The position numbers and the translations under genes are program-made. A DNA stretch of 63,991 bases from Negaprion brevirostris (taxonomy: Eukaryota), in the NCBI GenBank assembly GCA_030324005.1, contig JARDVH010000073.1, positions 84,320,701-84,384,691 of the forward strand, written 5' to 3'. This document shows, piece after piece, positions 26,051 to 39,964 of the stretch (position 1 is the stretch's first letter; each line of letters begins with the position of its first letter). The notes beneath the pieces are model-generated. The model saw nothing but the letters and a program-made list of their open reading frames with translations, was not told where the DNA came from and searched no databases.

Positions 26051-26619
26051 CACACATAACACCTATGCTCCCAAATTCTTATTCAGTGCTCCCACAATGT
26101 GTCAGCTACCTTGACAATAGGAAAATGTATTCCAGTTGGGGTCTTTTTGCATTTTCTGCCTTGCTTCATTCTAGTCCATATCATATTTTTCAAGGCTAGC
26201 TTGCTTCAACTGGCTTCATACTTGTATCTCTCTTGTTCCCAACCTCTCCAGTGTATCTTAACTCATCTCTGACTGATTACATATCCCAATGTTTCACAGT
26301 TCTCCTTGAACCCTAGCTTCCCAATTCTCCTTCAACACCAGTTTCCCAGGTCCTCTTAGTTTTCAAATTCCCTCTTAAACATTTCCAACCTTTTGAATAC
26401 TCCCACTTATCCACTTTTCTGAAGCCTCATGCCTGGTCCTGAGAATTTTCCCATGGCTGACTCTCCATGTCAAGACTTTGAGAATTTCCAAAGTCATGGC
26501 ACTATCAAAGTATTCCCAGATCCCTAGTTCAACTCTTGCCCACTCTGCCTTAAGACAAGGTCCCCTCTTCCTGCTCTCTCCTGTGCCAACATCCAATCAT
26601 TTGATTCCTTTTAGAGTCT

Positions 26620-26915
26620 TATAGATATAGATGATCTGGAGGAGGGGGCTGAGTGTAAGGTGACAAAATTTGCTGATGACACAAAGATGAGTGGAAAAGC
26701 AAATTGCGTGGAGGGTGTGGAAAGTCTGCAGAGAGATCTGGANNNNNNNNNNNNNNNNNNNNNNNNNNNNNNNNNNNNNNNNNNNNNNNNNNNNNNNNNN
26801 NNNNNNNNNNNNNNNNNNNNNNNNNNNNNNNNNNNNNNNNNNATCTTATTAAATAGTGGGGCAGGCTCGAAGGGCGAGATGGCCTACTCCTGCTCCTATT
26901 TCTTATGTTCTTATG
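26620..26915 (+). mobile_element. CR1 LINE fragment (RT core and 3' tail across a gap)
   Basis: TKFADDTKMSGKANCVEGVESLQRDL; tail TTCTTATGTTCTTATG. Confidence 0.9.
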
Positions 26916-27559
26916 TCTTGTTTCCCAGCTCCTTCCCAGCAAAGATTCAGCACATCTTCAATTGATTGTCTCCAGCCCAATCTGAGCAGCTGGACATGTG
27001 TTGTCCTTTCAAAGAGGCTCTTTTTAAAACACTGTCAGCAAACAAACGCGAGAAGGGGCAATGAGATCTTCGACAAATGCAAGAGAGGCGGGTGACTGTA
27101 GACAGAGTGAAACCGAAACAAATAAACTCGGGAATAAAAAAGGGATACCAGGAAGAGGAAATACAAGATCAGCATTACCATTGGACTGGGGTGAGAGAGA
27201 GGGAACGAGTTTAAAAGGCGAGGCAAACATAGAGTGCAAGATAAACAGAAATAGTCCCTGGAATATTTTATGTTCAAGAGATCACCGATGTGGGACTTTG
27301 TCTGAGGCACTTGAAATGCTACATTTATGATAAGTTTCTAATAGTGGGACTTTGAGAACATACACTGTGAGGTTGGATTGCTCCTGATTGATGCTAAAGC
27401 AAGGTAAACTTAATCGTGGTTATTTTGTATCCGAACATGTTTACATCAACTTTTCATTAACAGTTGATTAAAATATGTCAAATAAAAAGTAATGAAACAA
27501 AAATAAGGCTTTGCCAAGATCAAATCATTATCTACCCCATTAATGATGTTTCTGTAATT

Positions 27560-28935
27560 ATGCAGTTGGAAAAAGTTCTAAATATTTGATCTCGGGGTAG
27601 TTGTCTGTTTAATAAAGGGGCAATTGGATCGACTCGGGTCTGCTGCTAGACTGGGGTTGCGGGTGCTTTTTCTGAGCGCCTGGCATACCTGATCCGGTGT
27701 CAGGCTAGTTTTCCAATTATTTGTCCCCGGACTGTTACAATGCTCACTTTTCATTTGCATTGAAGCGAAAACAACACACACCCGATAAACAAGTGTGACA
27801 TCAGATTGCCTAACCCCAGGGTAGTCGGGGTTTTTAAAAACGTCTTCACCTGGTTCGTAGCTTCCGCCAAATGACTGCAAGCACCATGGAGAGCGCCCAA
27901 GCCGCACGGTGCTCCATATATTAAATCATCCTCCCGGCATTGTTTAATATTCAGCGGCCAGGGGTGAAAGCATAATGCAGCTCGACACGGAAAAAGCATC
28001 TATTTCTTAGCTGTACGTGTGCGTATCTGTGTGTGTCTGTGCATGTGTATCTGTGAGTGTGTAGCTGTGTAGGTCTGTGTGTGTGGGTGGGTGTCTGTGT
28101 GTGCCGGTGTGCGTGTGTGTGTGTGTTGTGTGTGGGTGTGTGTGTGTGTGGTCTCTGTGTATCTGTGTGTAGATTGTGTGTAGGTGTATCTGTGTGTGGT
28201 CTGTCAGTATGTAGTTGTGTATCTGTGTGTGTGGGTGTCTGTGTGTGTGTGTAGATGTAGGTGTGTGTGGTGGTGTTTCTGTGTGTGGTCTGTTTGTGTG
28301 TAGGTGCGTGTGTCTGTGTGTGGATGGGTGTTTGTGTGTGTGTGCGTCTATAGGGGTACGTGTGCATCTGTATGTGTGTGTATGTGTTTTTACTCCCGAT
28401 CTGTAGTGGCACTTGGACTCCAGTTTTCAACCTGAACTCAACCAACCAGCGTGAAGTCGGCAGAACCTGAATGCGAGCGGCTAAAAATATAACCAGAGGA
28501 AGGAATGTCAGTGCCGACCGACTTCGGCGGGAGAAAAAAAGATGGAGTTTGAAACATAACAAAGCAGGACATTTCGCTGACAGATTTTAATGCCACCTTA
28601 CTGCGCTCTTGCCATCTTCGCAACCGGTCTTTCGCTGCTGTGTTGAACGTGTATGAACATCTTTGTAACACTCAATGGCACAATGTTTGCAGCCTAAACC
28701 CTCCAGTAAAACATGATCACCAGATATAAAGAGGTAAGTTTGATGGACACGGACATCGCCTGAACATGATAGCATGACAAGGTGCCCAGGAAGCGCAGCC
28801 TTTGTGTAGTTTGGTTTTGGGGAGCAGTTTGTCAGAGTAACTCACACTGGGAGTACAAGGTAATCTTTTACCCCATTCTGCTGCAAACATGCTGTCAGCG
28901 CCCCCTCTCCGCGCCCCCCCCCCCACCCACCCACG
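27560..28935. promoter_or_regulatory. Orphan CpG-rich, non-repetitive block (candidate enhancer or distal promoter)
   Basis: Roughly two dozen CpGs in 27590-28025 and many more in 28400-28920, versus almost none at 33-34.3 kb. GC-box-like tract near 28897-28935; forkhead-type motifs (TGTTTAC near 27438, ATAAACA near 27785). Confidence 0.5.
28010..28390. repeat. Degenerate (TG)n microsatellite
   Basis: Nearly continuous TG dinucleotides with interruptions. Confidence 0.95.
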
Positions 28936-30059
28936 TTTTATGTTTCTGTTAACTAGTTTCCATGTTTAAAGAATGGTATTTGTTTTAAAGGGAATCCCCC
29001 GTTAAAGGAGAAAGCTCAGTTTCTGCCAGGGTAACAGCCCAAAGTGGGGCATTTTTCTGAAAATGACGTTTGGCAAGGGGACGCCACTGGTGTTGTTGAG
29101 CCAATGATGTGAGGGAGAAGGGGAGGGACAGGAATGCTGCGGCTGGGGATGAAGGAAGGTCAGGGAGTGGGATCAAGGAAATACCCAATTCAGTAACAAA
29201 CCCATGCCGCCTTTGAAATTCACGCCATTGAAGATATGCATTGCAGTATTTATTTGCTGTAGCGCTCAGGGTCAGTTTTACAACCCCTCATCTTCACTGC
29301 AGAATATTTTAGATTCTGCTACTTATCAGAATGACACATTGGCGTGCTTGGGAAAAAAACCCAGTGTTCCATCAAAAAGCAGCGGATAATGGGAGGGAAC
29401 GCTTCTTTCCCTCGCTCACTTTGCATCTTCCGCTCGTGTTTAGGTAGGTTTGAAATTAAGCCTGGTTACATCGGCAGCTTCATGCTCAAAAGGATGCAGT
29501 ATGTAGGTCAGTTTGATGAGACTTGGGAGATGGGAATTGATGCCAGCATCAACACAATGCATGCACATTGCTCCATGGGCTTTGTGTCCTTTCCGCTGGT
29601 GTACAATAGATGGCTCCCTGCCAGCTCTCTTGTCTGTTACACAACTGAACTCTTGGCGGTGTTTGGTCGGAAGTGAACCCACTGACAATGAGGTCCTGCT
29701 GGGGTTGAAGTGTGAACAGGTTCACTCTAGTCCTATCAGTGCCACGCTTGAAATCGGTGGATGTGTGATGAGGCTGTCAATATATCCCAACGAAACATTT
29801 CATAAAATAATTACATTCTCAACTTTAACTTTGCTATCTGACTATGTAACCCAAATCTTAGCAAAATACGATGAGATTTTCATATACTCCAAAGGAGGTA
29901 TCAGGCAGTAATTGTGGGTTTGGCTGCTGGCATTTCCTAACCCTTTTTTTTCATTTGTGAGTTGTACTGATATATCCAGTAATATTATTTTATCCCTTCA
30001 AGGGATGTGGGTATTGCTATCAAGGCTGGGAGTTGTGTAATGTTAATAGTGTAATGTAA

Positions 30060-30880
30060 AGAATGATGGGGTCTCAGGGTAAAGGGATGGGGTCTCGGGG
30101 AAGAGTAATGTGGTCTTGGAGTGGAATGGTAGGATCTCAGGGTAGAGTGATGGGGTCTTGGGATAGAGCACTTGGGTCATGGGTTAGAGTGAAGGGGTCT
30201 CGGGGTAAAGTAATGGGATCTCAGGGTTGAGTGATGGGGTCTCGGGATGGAGTGATAGGGTCTCAGGGTANNNNNNNNNNNNNNNNNNNNNNNNNNNNNN
30301 NNNNNNNNNNNNNNNNNNNNNNNNNNNNNNNNNNNNNNNNNNNNNNNNNNNNNNNNNNNNNNNNNNNNNNNNNNNNNNNNNNNNNNNNNNNNNNNNNNNN
30401 NNNNNNNNNNNNNNNNNNNNNNNNNNNNNNNNNNNNNNNNNNNNNNNNNNNNNNNNNNNNNNNNNNNNNNNNNNNNNNNNNNNNNNNNNNNNNNNNNNNN
30501 NNNNNNNNNNNNNNNNNNNNNNNNNNNNNNNNNNNNNNNNNNNNNNNNNNNNNNNNNNNNNNNNNNNNNNNNNNNNNNNNNNNNNNNNNNNNNNNNNNNN
30601 NNNNNNNNNNNNNNNNNNNNNNNNNNNNNNNNNNNNNNNNNNNNNNNNNNNNNNNNNNNNNNNNNNNNNNNNNNNNNNNNNNNNNNNNNNNNNNNNNNNN
30701 NNNNNNNNNNNNNNNNNNNNNNNNNNNNNNNNNNNNNNNNNNNNNNNNNNNNNNNNNNNNNNNNAGTGATAGGGTCTCGGGGTAGAGTGATGGGGTCTTG
30801 TGTGGAGTGATGAGGTCCCATGGTAGTGCAATGGGATCTTTGGGTAGAGTGATGAGGTATCAGGGTGAAGTAAAGTGATG
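30060..30880. repeat. 21-bp G-rich minisatellite (consensus about GATGGGGTCTCAGGGTAGAGT), partly in a gap
   Basis: Units with 21-nt periodicity on both sides of the gap; further units resume at about 31220-31263. Confidence 0.9.
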
Positions 30881-30881
30881 A

Positions 30882-31220
30882 GGCAGCACGGTAGCACAGT
30901 GGTTAGCACTGCTGCTTCACAGCACCAGAGACCCAGGTTCAATTCCTATCTTGGATCACTATCTGTGTGGAATCTTCACGTTCTCCCTGTATCTGTGTGG
31001 GTTTCCTCCGGGCGCTCCAGTTTCCTCCCACAGTCCAAAGGTGTGCAGGCCATGCTAAAATTGCCCCTTTGTGTCCCAAGATGTTTAGGTTAGGGGAATT
31101 ATTAGGGTAAATATATTGGGTTATGGTGATAGAGCCTGGATGGAATGCTCTGTCAGAGAGCTCATGCAGACTCAAAGAGCCAAATGGCCTACTTCTGCAC
31201 GGTTACAATTCTGTGATTCT
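30882..31220 (+). mobile_element. HE1-like SINE inserted in the minisatellite
   Basis: GGCAGCACGGTAGCACAGTGG head, GGTTCAATTCC B box, CR1-like tail AAATGGCCT...ATTCTGTGATTCTGT. Confidence 0.88.
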
Positions 31221-32254
31221 GTGGTCTCAGGGTATAGTAGAGTGATGGGGCCTCAGGGTAGAGAAGAATACCAGGGCCTTGAACAGGACTAGAGTGTCAG
31301 AGCCCAGGGATGGACCAGAATGTTAGGGCCCAGGAGCAGAACAGAGTGCCCGGGTCCAGGACCTGACCTGAGTGCTGGGGAGGAGAGGTTGGCTGCAGGG
31401 CCAATGAGTGAAACCCAGGGTCAATGCACAGCAGTTAAGGAAGAGGCTGGTTGGTGTGTGTGGCAAATTGATTGTGTATGGTTTGAATTTTGTGCCCATT
31501 TCACACGTACACACTCAGAGGCCCTCAACACTGATCCAAAGTGTGATCAGCCGTGGAGTTGATTTCATGCTGGCTGGCCAATGAAAGGGCAGCCAGTGTT
31601 AAACATTCACTGAGAAATGTTCAGTGCTACCTGGGAGGATGGGAACAGGGTGGATACTGAGGAAAGGGAGGATGCAGGCTGGACCTTCTAAGGTGAGCTG
31701 TGTCAGAGAGTTGCAGACCTGTACAAATTAAACCCTAATGATAAAATACTGCAAACAGTGTCTAGGCAGCACATTCAAAAACAGTCAGNNNNNNNNNNNN
31801 NNNNNNNNNNNNNNNNNNNNNNNNNNNNNNNNNNNNNNNNNNNNNNNNNNNNNNNNNNNNNNNNNNNNNNNNNNNNNNNNNNNNNNNNATTAAACCCTAA
31901 TGATAAAATACTGCAAACAGAGTCTAGGCAGCACATTCAAAAACAGTCAGTCCCTGTACACCTCATTTAATTATATGTCAGCCCTGATATTTCATCCTGC
32001 CCTGGAGCAACACTACAGCTAAAGCATAAAAACCACCTGCCAACTGTAAAAGTAGATGGCCCATGTAATTGCACTCCATTGACCTCTCAATGGGATAAAT
32101 TGCCTGACTGTTGGCGGATGTGCCTCCAACTCTTCCACATGCACGCCAGTGAAATATTGCACAAGTGTGCAATGATATCGAAACATGTACCTGATGCCCT
32201 CTCAGACAATTTCATGTTCCTCAAAATTCTCTTATTTGTGTGGGTTCATCAGTG

Positions 32255-32775
32255 GAGGAGTGAGGGAGTGAGTGAGTGTGTATCAAAGAAGAGTGTGAGT
32301 GAGGGAGAGTGTATCTGTGTGGGAGTGAAATAGTGAGGGATTGCATATGTGTGTGGGAAAGTGAGAGAGTGTGTGTGTGTGTTTGTGTGTCGGAGGGGAG
32401 TCTAAGTGAGTGAGAGTGTATGTGTGTGGGAGTGAGATGGTAAGGGATTGAGTATGTTTGTGTGGGACTGAGACAGTGAATTTGTGTGTGTCAGAGGGGA
32501 ATCTGAAGGAGTGAGAGTGTATGTGTATGGGAGTGAGAGACTGACAGTGTGTGTGTGTGTGTGTGTGTGTCAAAGAGTGTGCGTGACTATGTGTGAGTGT
32601 ATGTGTGTGGGAATGAGATAGTGAGGGATTGCGTATGTGTGTGGGAGTGAGAGAGTGAGTGTGTGTGCGTCAGAGNNNNNNNNNNNNNNNNNNNNNNNNN
32701 NNNNNNNNNNNNNNNNNNNNNNNNNNNNNNNNNNNNNNNNNNNNNNNNNNNNNNNNNNNNNNNNNNNNNNNNNNN

Positions 32776-32850
<75 letters not shown>

Positions 32851-32940
32851 GAAGAAGAAGGTGAGTGAGTGAAAGCGCATGTGTATGGGAGTGAAGAATT
32901 GTGTATGTGTGTTTGGGAGTGAGAGAGTGAGTGTGCTTTA
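32255..32940. repeat. GT/GA-rich low-complexity tract with pure (GT)n at about 32776-32849
   Basis: Seen directly in the sequence. Confidence 0.95.
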
Positions 32941-34384
32941 CTCCCAGATTTTCACTCACTCTCACCAACACACGGTGGCTGAGAGTGAGAATGGAAGTAA
33001 GTCTAGCATGCACACACTCTGACTTTTTCACATTCTGTTCATTTTTATTAGTTACTCTTATTTAACTGAATAATTTATTTCAATGTGATTGCTTTATTTT
33101 TGCCCAGCAATTGTTCCTTCTTAAAAAAACTCAACTTTTTTTGAAAGTCAGTATAATGTAATGCCAAACATTATCTTTCCAAAATTTGCCCATTAATGAT
33201 AATGTTGGACAAACCTGATGTAAAATTATGGAAACATTCCATCAACCATTGAGCTTCAATGTAAAATCTATGATTATACTGTGTTTTATATGTGGTGACT
33301 TATGTATTTGCCAGGTATCTGCGGAAAATTGCAAGCAATATTACTGTGAAATTCATGTCCGTTTTCAAGATAATTGAACCTAATGAATAGTTTTCTTGAG
33401 TGAGTTCCATCACCTCTAGAAGGAAAGGCAATTGTCTATTAATATTGTAGAATTTCAGATGATACTTTTTAACTACATCCATCAAAATGGATCAAATCCA
33501 CTTCTCTCAAGGAGTTGATAAGTCGCTGTTTGAATTTTAGGATTTTACTTGGCAAGTAATTCTGTCCAAGTAACTGACAAAAAAGGAGCAATCTATGCAG
33601 GAACATCTGCTTAAGTGAATAGCTAAAACACTAAGTTACTGTCCCCCAAACTAGAAGTTATTCATTAAATCAAATACTTATAAATGTTATTGATTACTAG
33701 GTCTCAAAACATCAATACAAGAGTCAATGTTGTCGGGAAAATATCTTCTAATCAATATGGGTGGGCAAAAGTATCCAATGAGTGATGTTAAAGGTGAAAC
33801 ATTGGAGACCAAACAGGGACTACTATCTACCATTGTTGTGAAGCTTAGGCTATCAAGTGAAAAAAAATCCCAATTTTAAATAAATGTTTCAAATCAGCAG
33901 CCAGAGGTAATAAAACAATTATGAATATTATATGAACCATGTATGAATTAAACCTTTAGGATTCTGAAGTGACTTTGAAATATTATTCTTTGTCATTGTT
34001 CCTGGCTATTTTGGTCATTTCCCTTTTGATTTTTTGATATTAAATCAGGCTTTTTTCTTCTGATATTAAATAGTTTTCCTGCCTACTGTAGTCAATATTC
34101 ACATTTATTATATAAATGAATCTATGGGTATGTAGTCAGATCTTCATGTTACCCATAAAAGCTATAGGCCAGGACTCATAACGGTGAGAAACTTTGATAC
34201 TGTGATAAATTCAGTGTGTAATTATTATTGAAATGTTAGATTAATCCTACAGCCTAAAAAATGCATTTCATTTTACATTGCTTGGAAATTGCACTGCATG
34301 GTAAATATTGATTTATTACATCCATGCATCACAAGTTTATTTGTTACTTTAAAGGTAAGAATTGTTTTCTCTGTCATTCTATAA

Positions 34385-36510
34385 AATTATTTTGTGGCAT
34401 TTGAGTGCTTCTGGCAAGGACAGCATTTGTTAGTCATCCTAATTGCCCTTGGGAAGGTGGCAGTGACCCACGAGCTTGAATCATTGCAGTCAATTTGTTG
34501 CAGGAACACCCACAGTGCCGTTGAGAGGGAGGGGGAGAATGTTCCAGCAGCAGTAAAGGAATGGTGATGTAGTTCCAAGTTAGGATGACGTGTGACTTGA
34601 AAGGTGAACTTGCGTGTGGTGATGTTCCCATGCTGTTCGTGTCCTTCTGGGGGTTAGAAGTTGTAGGTTTGGAAGATGCCGTTGAAGGAGCTGCATTGCA
34701 TCTTGTATACGGTACATACAGCTGCCGCTGCATCTGTAATGGAGGGTGTGAATATTTAAGGTGCGGAAGGCGTGCAGATCAAGTGGGCTGCTGTACCCTG
34801 GATTGTGTCAAACTTCTCAAGTGTTGTTGGAACTGCACTTATCTAAGCAAGTGGAAAGTATTCACTCACATTGCTTACTTGTGCCTTGTAAATAGTGGAC
34901 AGGCTTTAGGGAGTTAGGATATGAGTTGTTGGCTGCAGGATTCGAGTCTCTGACCTGCTTTTGCAGTTGGTCCAGTTAAGTCTCTGATGAATAGAAATCC
35001 TCAGGATGCTGTTAGTGGGAAATTTCAACAAAGGTCGAGGGGAGATGGTTAGATACTTGTGTGGCATGATAGTTACTTGCCATTTATCAGCTCAAGCCTG
35101 TACATTTTCTAGGTATAACTGCATATGGAAAGATTGTTTCAGATCTAAAGAGTTGTGATTGGTACTGAACATTGTGTAATCATCAGTGATCATCTCACTT
35201 CATACCTTATGATGGAAGGAAGGTTATTGATGAAGTAGCTGAAGATTGTTGGACCTAGGATGCTACCCTGAGGAACATTGATGCTCTGGAGCTGAGATAA
35301 TTGGCCTCCAAACACTGCAGCAATTTTCCTTTGTGCTGGGTAAGATTCCTCTCTCCCAATCCCATTAACTCCAGTTTTGCTAAGGCTCCTTGATGTCACA
35401 TTGGGTCAAATGATGTCTTGATATGAAGGGCAGTCATGCTCACATCACCTGTTGAGTTCAGTTCTTTTGTCTGTGTTTGGACCAATGTTGTAATGGGGAT
35501 TAGAGATGAATGGCCCTAGAGGAACCCAAATCAAGCACTGGGGCAGGTAATTGCTGTGTAACTGCTGCTTGCTAATGCTGTTGAGCAACATATTCCGTCA
35601 TTTTATTGACGGTCAAGAGAGGACTGCTGGGGCAGTATTTGGCCAGATTGGATTTGGTCTTTTTTTTGTGAACAGGGGCATTCCTGGTCAATTTGCCACA
35701 TTGTCAGTGTTGTAGCTGTACTGGAACAACTTGACCGGGGGTTTGGCTAGTTGTGGAGCACAGATACTCCGTATTAGAGCCAGGAAGTTAACAGGGGTCA
35801 TAAGCTTTACTGTATCCAGTGCCTTCAACTGTTTCTTAATATGTGCAGTGAATCAAATTGGTTGACAACACATTTGTGATGCTGGAGCCTTCTGGGGAAG
35901 GCTAAGATGATTCACCTGCAAACATTTTTGCTTGAAAATGTTTGCAAATTCTTCAACTTTGTCTTTTCCTCTGATGTACTAGACTTCAACCACGATTCAT
36001 GATTGGCTGTGGCAAGACCGCAGAGCTTAGCTCTGCCTGTTGTCTGCTGCTCCCAATGTTTGGTATGTCTGAGCCTCACTCAGTTGCTGCTCATTTTTAA
36101 TTCTGTTTGGTGCTGCTCCTGGCATATTTTCCAGCACTCCTCACTGAGACAGTGTTGATCTCTGAGTTTGATGGTAATAGTAGAAGAAGGGGTATGCTCA
36201 GCTGCAAGATTACAGTTGAAAGCAACTCTACTACAGCTGATAGCCCACAGTGCTTTATGAATGTCCAGGTTTGAGCTGCTAGATCTGCTTTGAATTTATT
36301 CCCTTTAGCACAGGTCATGCCTACCAAAACTGTTATGGTCAGATGCAGCCACAGCAGCAAGATTGGTGTCTGCAAGGTCAAGCAGGTTTTTTCCTCCCCT
36401 TGATTGTTTCACCACCTGCTACAAGCCCAATTTGGCAGCTATGTCCTTCAGAACTCTGCCAGTTCAGTCAGCAATGGTGCTACTGAGCCACTGTTGGTGA
36501 TAGACATTGA
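34385..36510 (-). mobile_element. Long decayed CR1/L2-group LINE
   Basis: NVPQGSILGPTIFSYFINNLPSIIRYEV RT motif near 35190-35290; 3' end homologous to 23020-23560. Confidence 0.85.
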
Positions 36511-36559
36511 AGCCTCCCCCTTCTTCCCCCCAAACAGTCAGCGTACATTGATCAATTAG

Positions 36560-37010
36560 CTGAGGGAGAGTTAGACTTTTCTGTAGTGGTTTGGTACAAC
36601 TGAATGGCTTACTAAACCACTTCAGAGGGCAGTCAAGAATGAACCGCACTATGGGTGTGGCATCACATGTAGGCCAGACCAGATAAGGATAGTAGATTGT
36701 TTTTTATTCATTCTGGGAATGTGGGTGTCACTAGCTGGGCCAGCATTTATTTCCCATAATCCTTACTGCGCTTGAACTGATTGATTTGCTAGGCCATTTC
36801 TGAGGATATGAGAATAGTTTTAGAGTCAATCACATTGTTGTGGATCTGGAGTCACATGTAGGTCAGACCAGATAAGGGTAGCAGACTTCCTTCCTTAAAG
36901 GACATGAATGAAGCAGTTAGGCTTTTACCACAATCCAATAGTTTCTTGATCCCCATTACCAAGATAGCTTTTAATTCCAGACTTATTAATTGAATTTAAA
37001 TTCCATCAGA
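36560..37010 (-). mobile_element. Second SINE family (two nested or tandem pieces)
   Basis: GTCACATGTAGG(C/T)CAGACCAGATAAGG core occurs twice; homologous to 51845-52240. Confidence 0.7.
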
Positions 37011-37848
37011 AAATATATGTTTTAGTTTTTATATTTTGATACCTTAATTGCTCAATTAAATAGCTGCTAGATAATGATTTTATTGTCTATTAATTTTGTG
37101 CATTATTTAAAGCCCTGGATTAAATTGCTGTCCTTTAATGATGTCAAGTATGTATTGCTTTGGACGTAAATCCTCTCATCAAACCAAACAAATCAATTGG
37201 ATTGCTCCTTATAACTCATTTCAGAAATGTAGTTTTCTGTATATAAATCTGAACTTTTCAATTAGATTCTCATCAACAATCACTCCCCTTTGTTCATTAT
37301 TCTTTGTGCCATTTCCACTGTGTAAGATCTCATAGATGGCAGTTTGCTATGCTAAAATACCTGCAGAATAATTTTCCTGTTGGACCTGGTGTGACTCTTT
37401 TGTTCCCTGTGGTACGTGTTACCTCAAATGGGACCAAGAAAGATAAAACACCCTCTTAGTGTATCAGTGATTTGTGGTTAAAACGAGATTCTTGACTACT
37501 GTTTCCAGTGTTCCTGTCTGTTCCAATCAATGAAATTTCAAATAGGATTGAACGATAAGAAAAGTACAATCCTGTAGAAGAACATATTTAACTGCCAGCC
37601 ACTAGTGAATTTCCTTTATTGTGAAACTAAATTGCAGTTTCTAATTGGTGGAAATTGCTGAAAAATAGAGTNNNNNNNNNNNNNNNNNNNNNNNNNNNNN
37701 NNNNNNNNNNNNNNNNNNNNNNNNNNNNNNNNNNNNNNNNNNNNNNNNNNNNNNNNNNNNNNNNNNNNNNNNNNNNNNNNNNNNNNNNNNNNNNNNNNNN
37801 NNNNNNNNNNNNNNNNNNNNNNNNNNNNNNNNNNNNNNNNNNNNNNNN

Positions 37849-38120
37849 GCTGACAGCGTCAGGGACTCAGGTTTGATTCCCAGCTTGGGTCACTGTCTGA
37901 GTGGAATGTGCACATTTTCCCCATACCTAAATGAGTTTCCTTTGGGTGCTCTGCTTTCCTCTCACAGTCTGAAAGATAAGCTGGTTAGGTGCATTGGCCA
38001 TGCTAAATTCTCCCTCAGTATACCCAAACAGGTGCCGGAGTGTGGCAAGAGGGAATTTTCACATTAACTTCATTGCAGTGTTAATGTAAGCATACTTGTG
38101 ACACTAATAAATAAACTTTA
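37849..38120 (+). mobile_element. HE1/V-SINE-like SINE
   Basis: GGTTTGATTCC B box, conserved body, tail ACTAATAAATAAACTTT. Confidence 0.88.
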
Positions 38121-39079
38121 AAATTCACCAATTGACAAAAAATAATAAGTCTTTTCTTTATCTATATCAACTGAAGCTGTACTGAGGAACGGTTGAACAG
38201 CTGTCACATATCAAAAGATAGTTCCTAATGATTTGCATTTGTTTACATCAGCGGGCAGTAATCTTGAATTGATGAGAATTGGAACAAGGCAGTTGCCTGG
38301 TGATGTATAAAAGCAATTAAAAGTTCTTGTGAAATTGGTGAAAAATATTCCTTCAACACTAATATCTTAATGTCACATTGAGAATGGGTTTGATGAGTTG
38401 CTGTCTTAACACTAATTAAGTATAATGTGTGCCTGCCTTCTTTAATGTGCAGATTTTAAAATTACAAGTTCAGTAACAACTAATCACAACTGACTGCTTT
38501 ATTGTTTTATTTTTTCCTGTTGCTTTCAACCTCAACTGTATTCAATGCATTTCCATTNNNNNNNNNNNNNNNNNNNNNNNNNNNNNNNNNNNNNNNNNNN
38601 NNNNNNNNNNNNNNNNNNNNNNNNNNNNNNNNNNNNNNNNNNNNNNNNNNNNNNNNNTACAAAAATTTCGCTCAAGACCTCAGCAATTTCCTCCTTTTGG
38701 TTGTTTTTCAATAAGAGAAACAAGTTATTACTTCATTTGATCATCTTCAACAAAAAATAATGTAACATTTAATGGGGGAATTGTTGTAATATTATAGTGG
38801 AAACATAAACAGAATAACAATACATCAAAAATACAGTAATAATGTCATGCATAAGTGATGCAATGACATTTTCAGAATTATGATGCAAATTGACAAAACT
38901 GATTCAAGCAAATTGTTCATTGTGGTGATGGGTTTAAATATCAATGGACACATATTATGAAGTTAGGACTAAGAAAGTGAAAAAAGGTGAACATTTTAAC
39001 TTAAAGAGATATTTGATATTTTGTTTAAGTTGATGGAGAAGCTATTGAAATGGACAATATAAATGAGTACAAGAGGCAA

Positions 39080-39900
39080 TTAAATAGTTTCTCTTTCCTT
39101 CCAACATTGTCTTTTGACACCCCAACTACCTATTTTTGACTGCTGTCCTATTTCTTCTCTGCATTTGCCCCTTGACTTGCATCATATGCATGCTGATAAT
39201 GCCAGCTGTACCTCATCACCATCTCTCTCGACCATTCAAATGCTTCTGTGTTGTCAAACTATCTGACACTGGATAACCCAATACTGATGCTGGTTAAACA
39301 CTGGGAAAAACAAAATGTTGCGATCCAGCTGAAATTTCATTACACAGCCACTGATTCTCCCCACCAAACTGATCACTTGACTGAGACTAATGCAGACCAC
39401 TCATGACCCAAAGCCTATTTCACTTTGAACCAAGTTTCTGCCTCTATATTGTTTCCATTATCAAGACCTTCCACTTCTACCCTTCAGCCCATTTTCTGAT
39501 GAAACCCTCCTCCATTCTTTCATACCTCCAAATCCAGCTTTTCCAATGCTCTCCAAGCCTTCCTCCCATCTTGTGTGTTCCTGAAATGTAGCTTATTCAT
39601 AACAGTGGTGGTATATTTGAACTTGAATTATCATCCATTGCCTTGAGCTCACTTATTTATAGTGGCCACTTATATCTTGATTTTAAAATTCTTGTTCTCA
39701 TCTATCCCTATCTCTGCAGTCTTCTCCAGTTCTACAATCCATTGAGAACTCTGTGTGCCTCCAACTCTGGATCATGTGCATTGTCCCNNNNNNNNNNNNC
39801 CCATGCAGAAGGTCATGCCACTGCCTGCACTGGTCCTAAATGCTGGAATTTCTTTGCTCAACCTTACTCCTTTGCCACCTCTCACTCTTTTCCATAAACA
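39080..39900 (+). mobile_element. Decayed L2-like LINE
   Basis: LDFKILVLIYPYLCSLLQFYNPLRTL resembles the L2 ORF2 C-terminus; a YADD-like TATGCATGCTGATAAT lies upstream. Confidence 0.55.
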
Positions 39901-39964
39901 TTCCCTAACACCCACCTCCAGCTTTTATTCTAAATGAAAAGACAGACTTTATAAAGTGTTTTTG

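Noticed and set aside
27578-27907. 109-aa minus-strand ORF in the CpG block
   Set aside because: Non-ATG start, no recognisable domain, and a length compatible with chance
27951-28562. 203-aa His/Thr-rich ORF
   Set aside because: Translation of the TG microsatellite
30177-30942. Long ORFs of 180-250 aa
   Set aside because: Artefacts of N runs and the minisatellite
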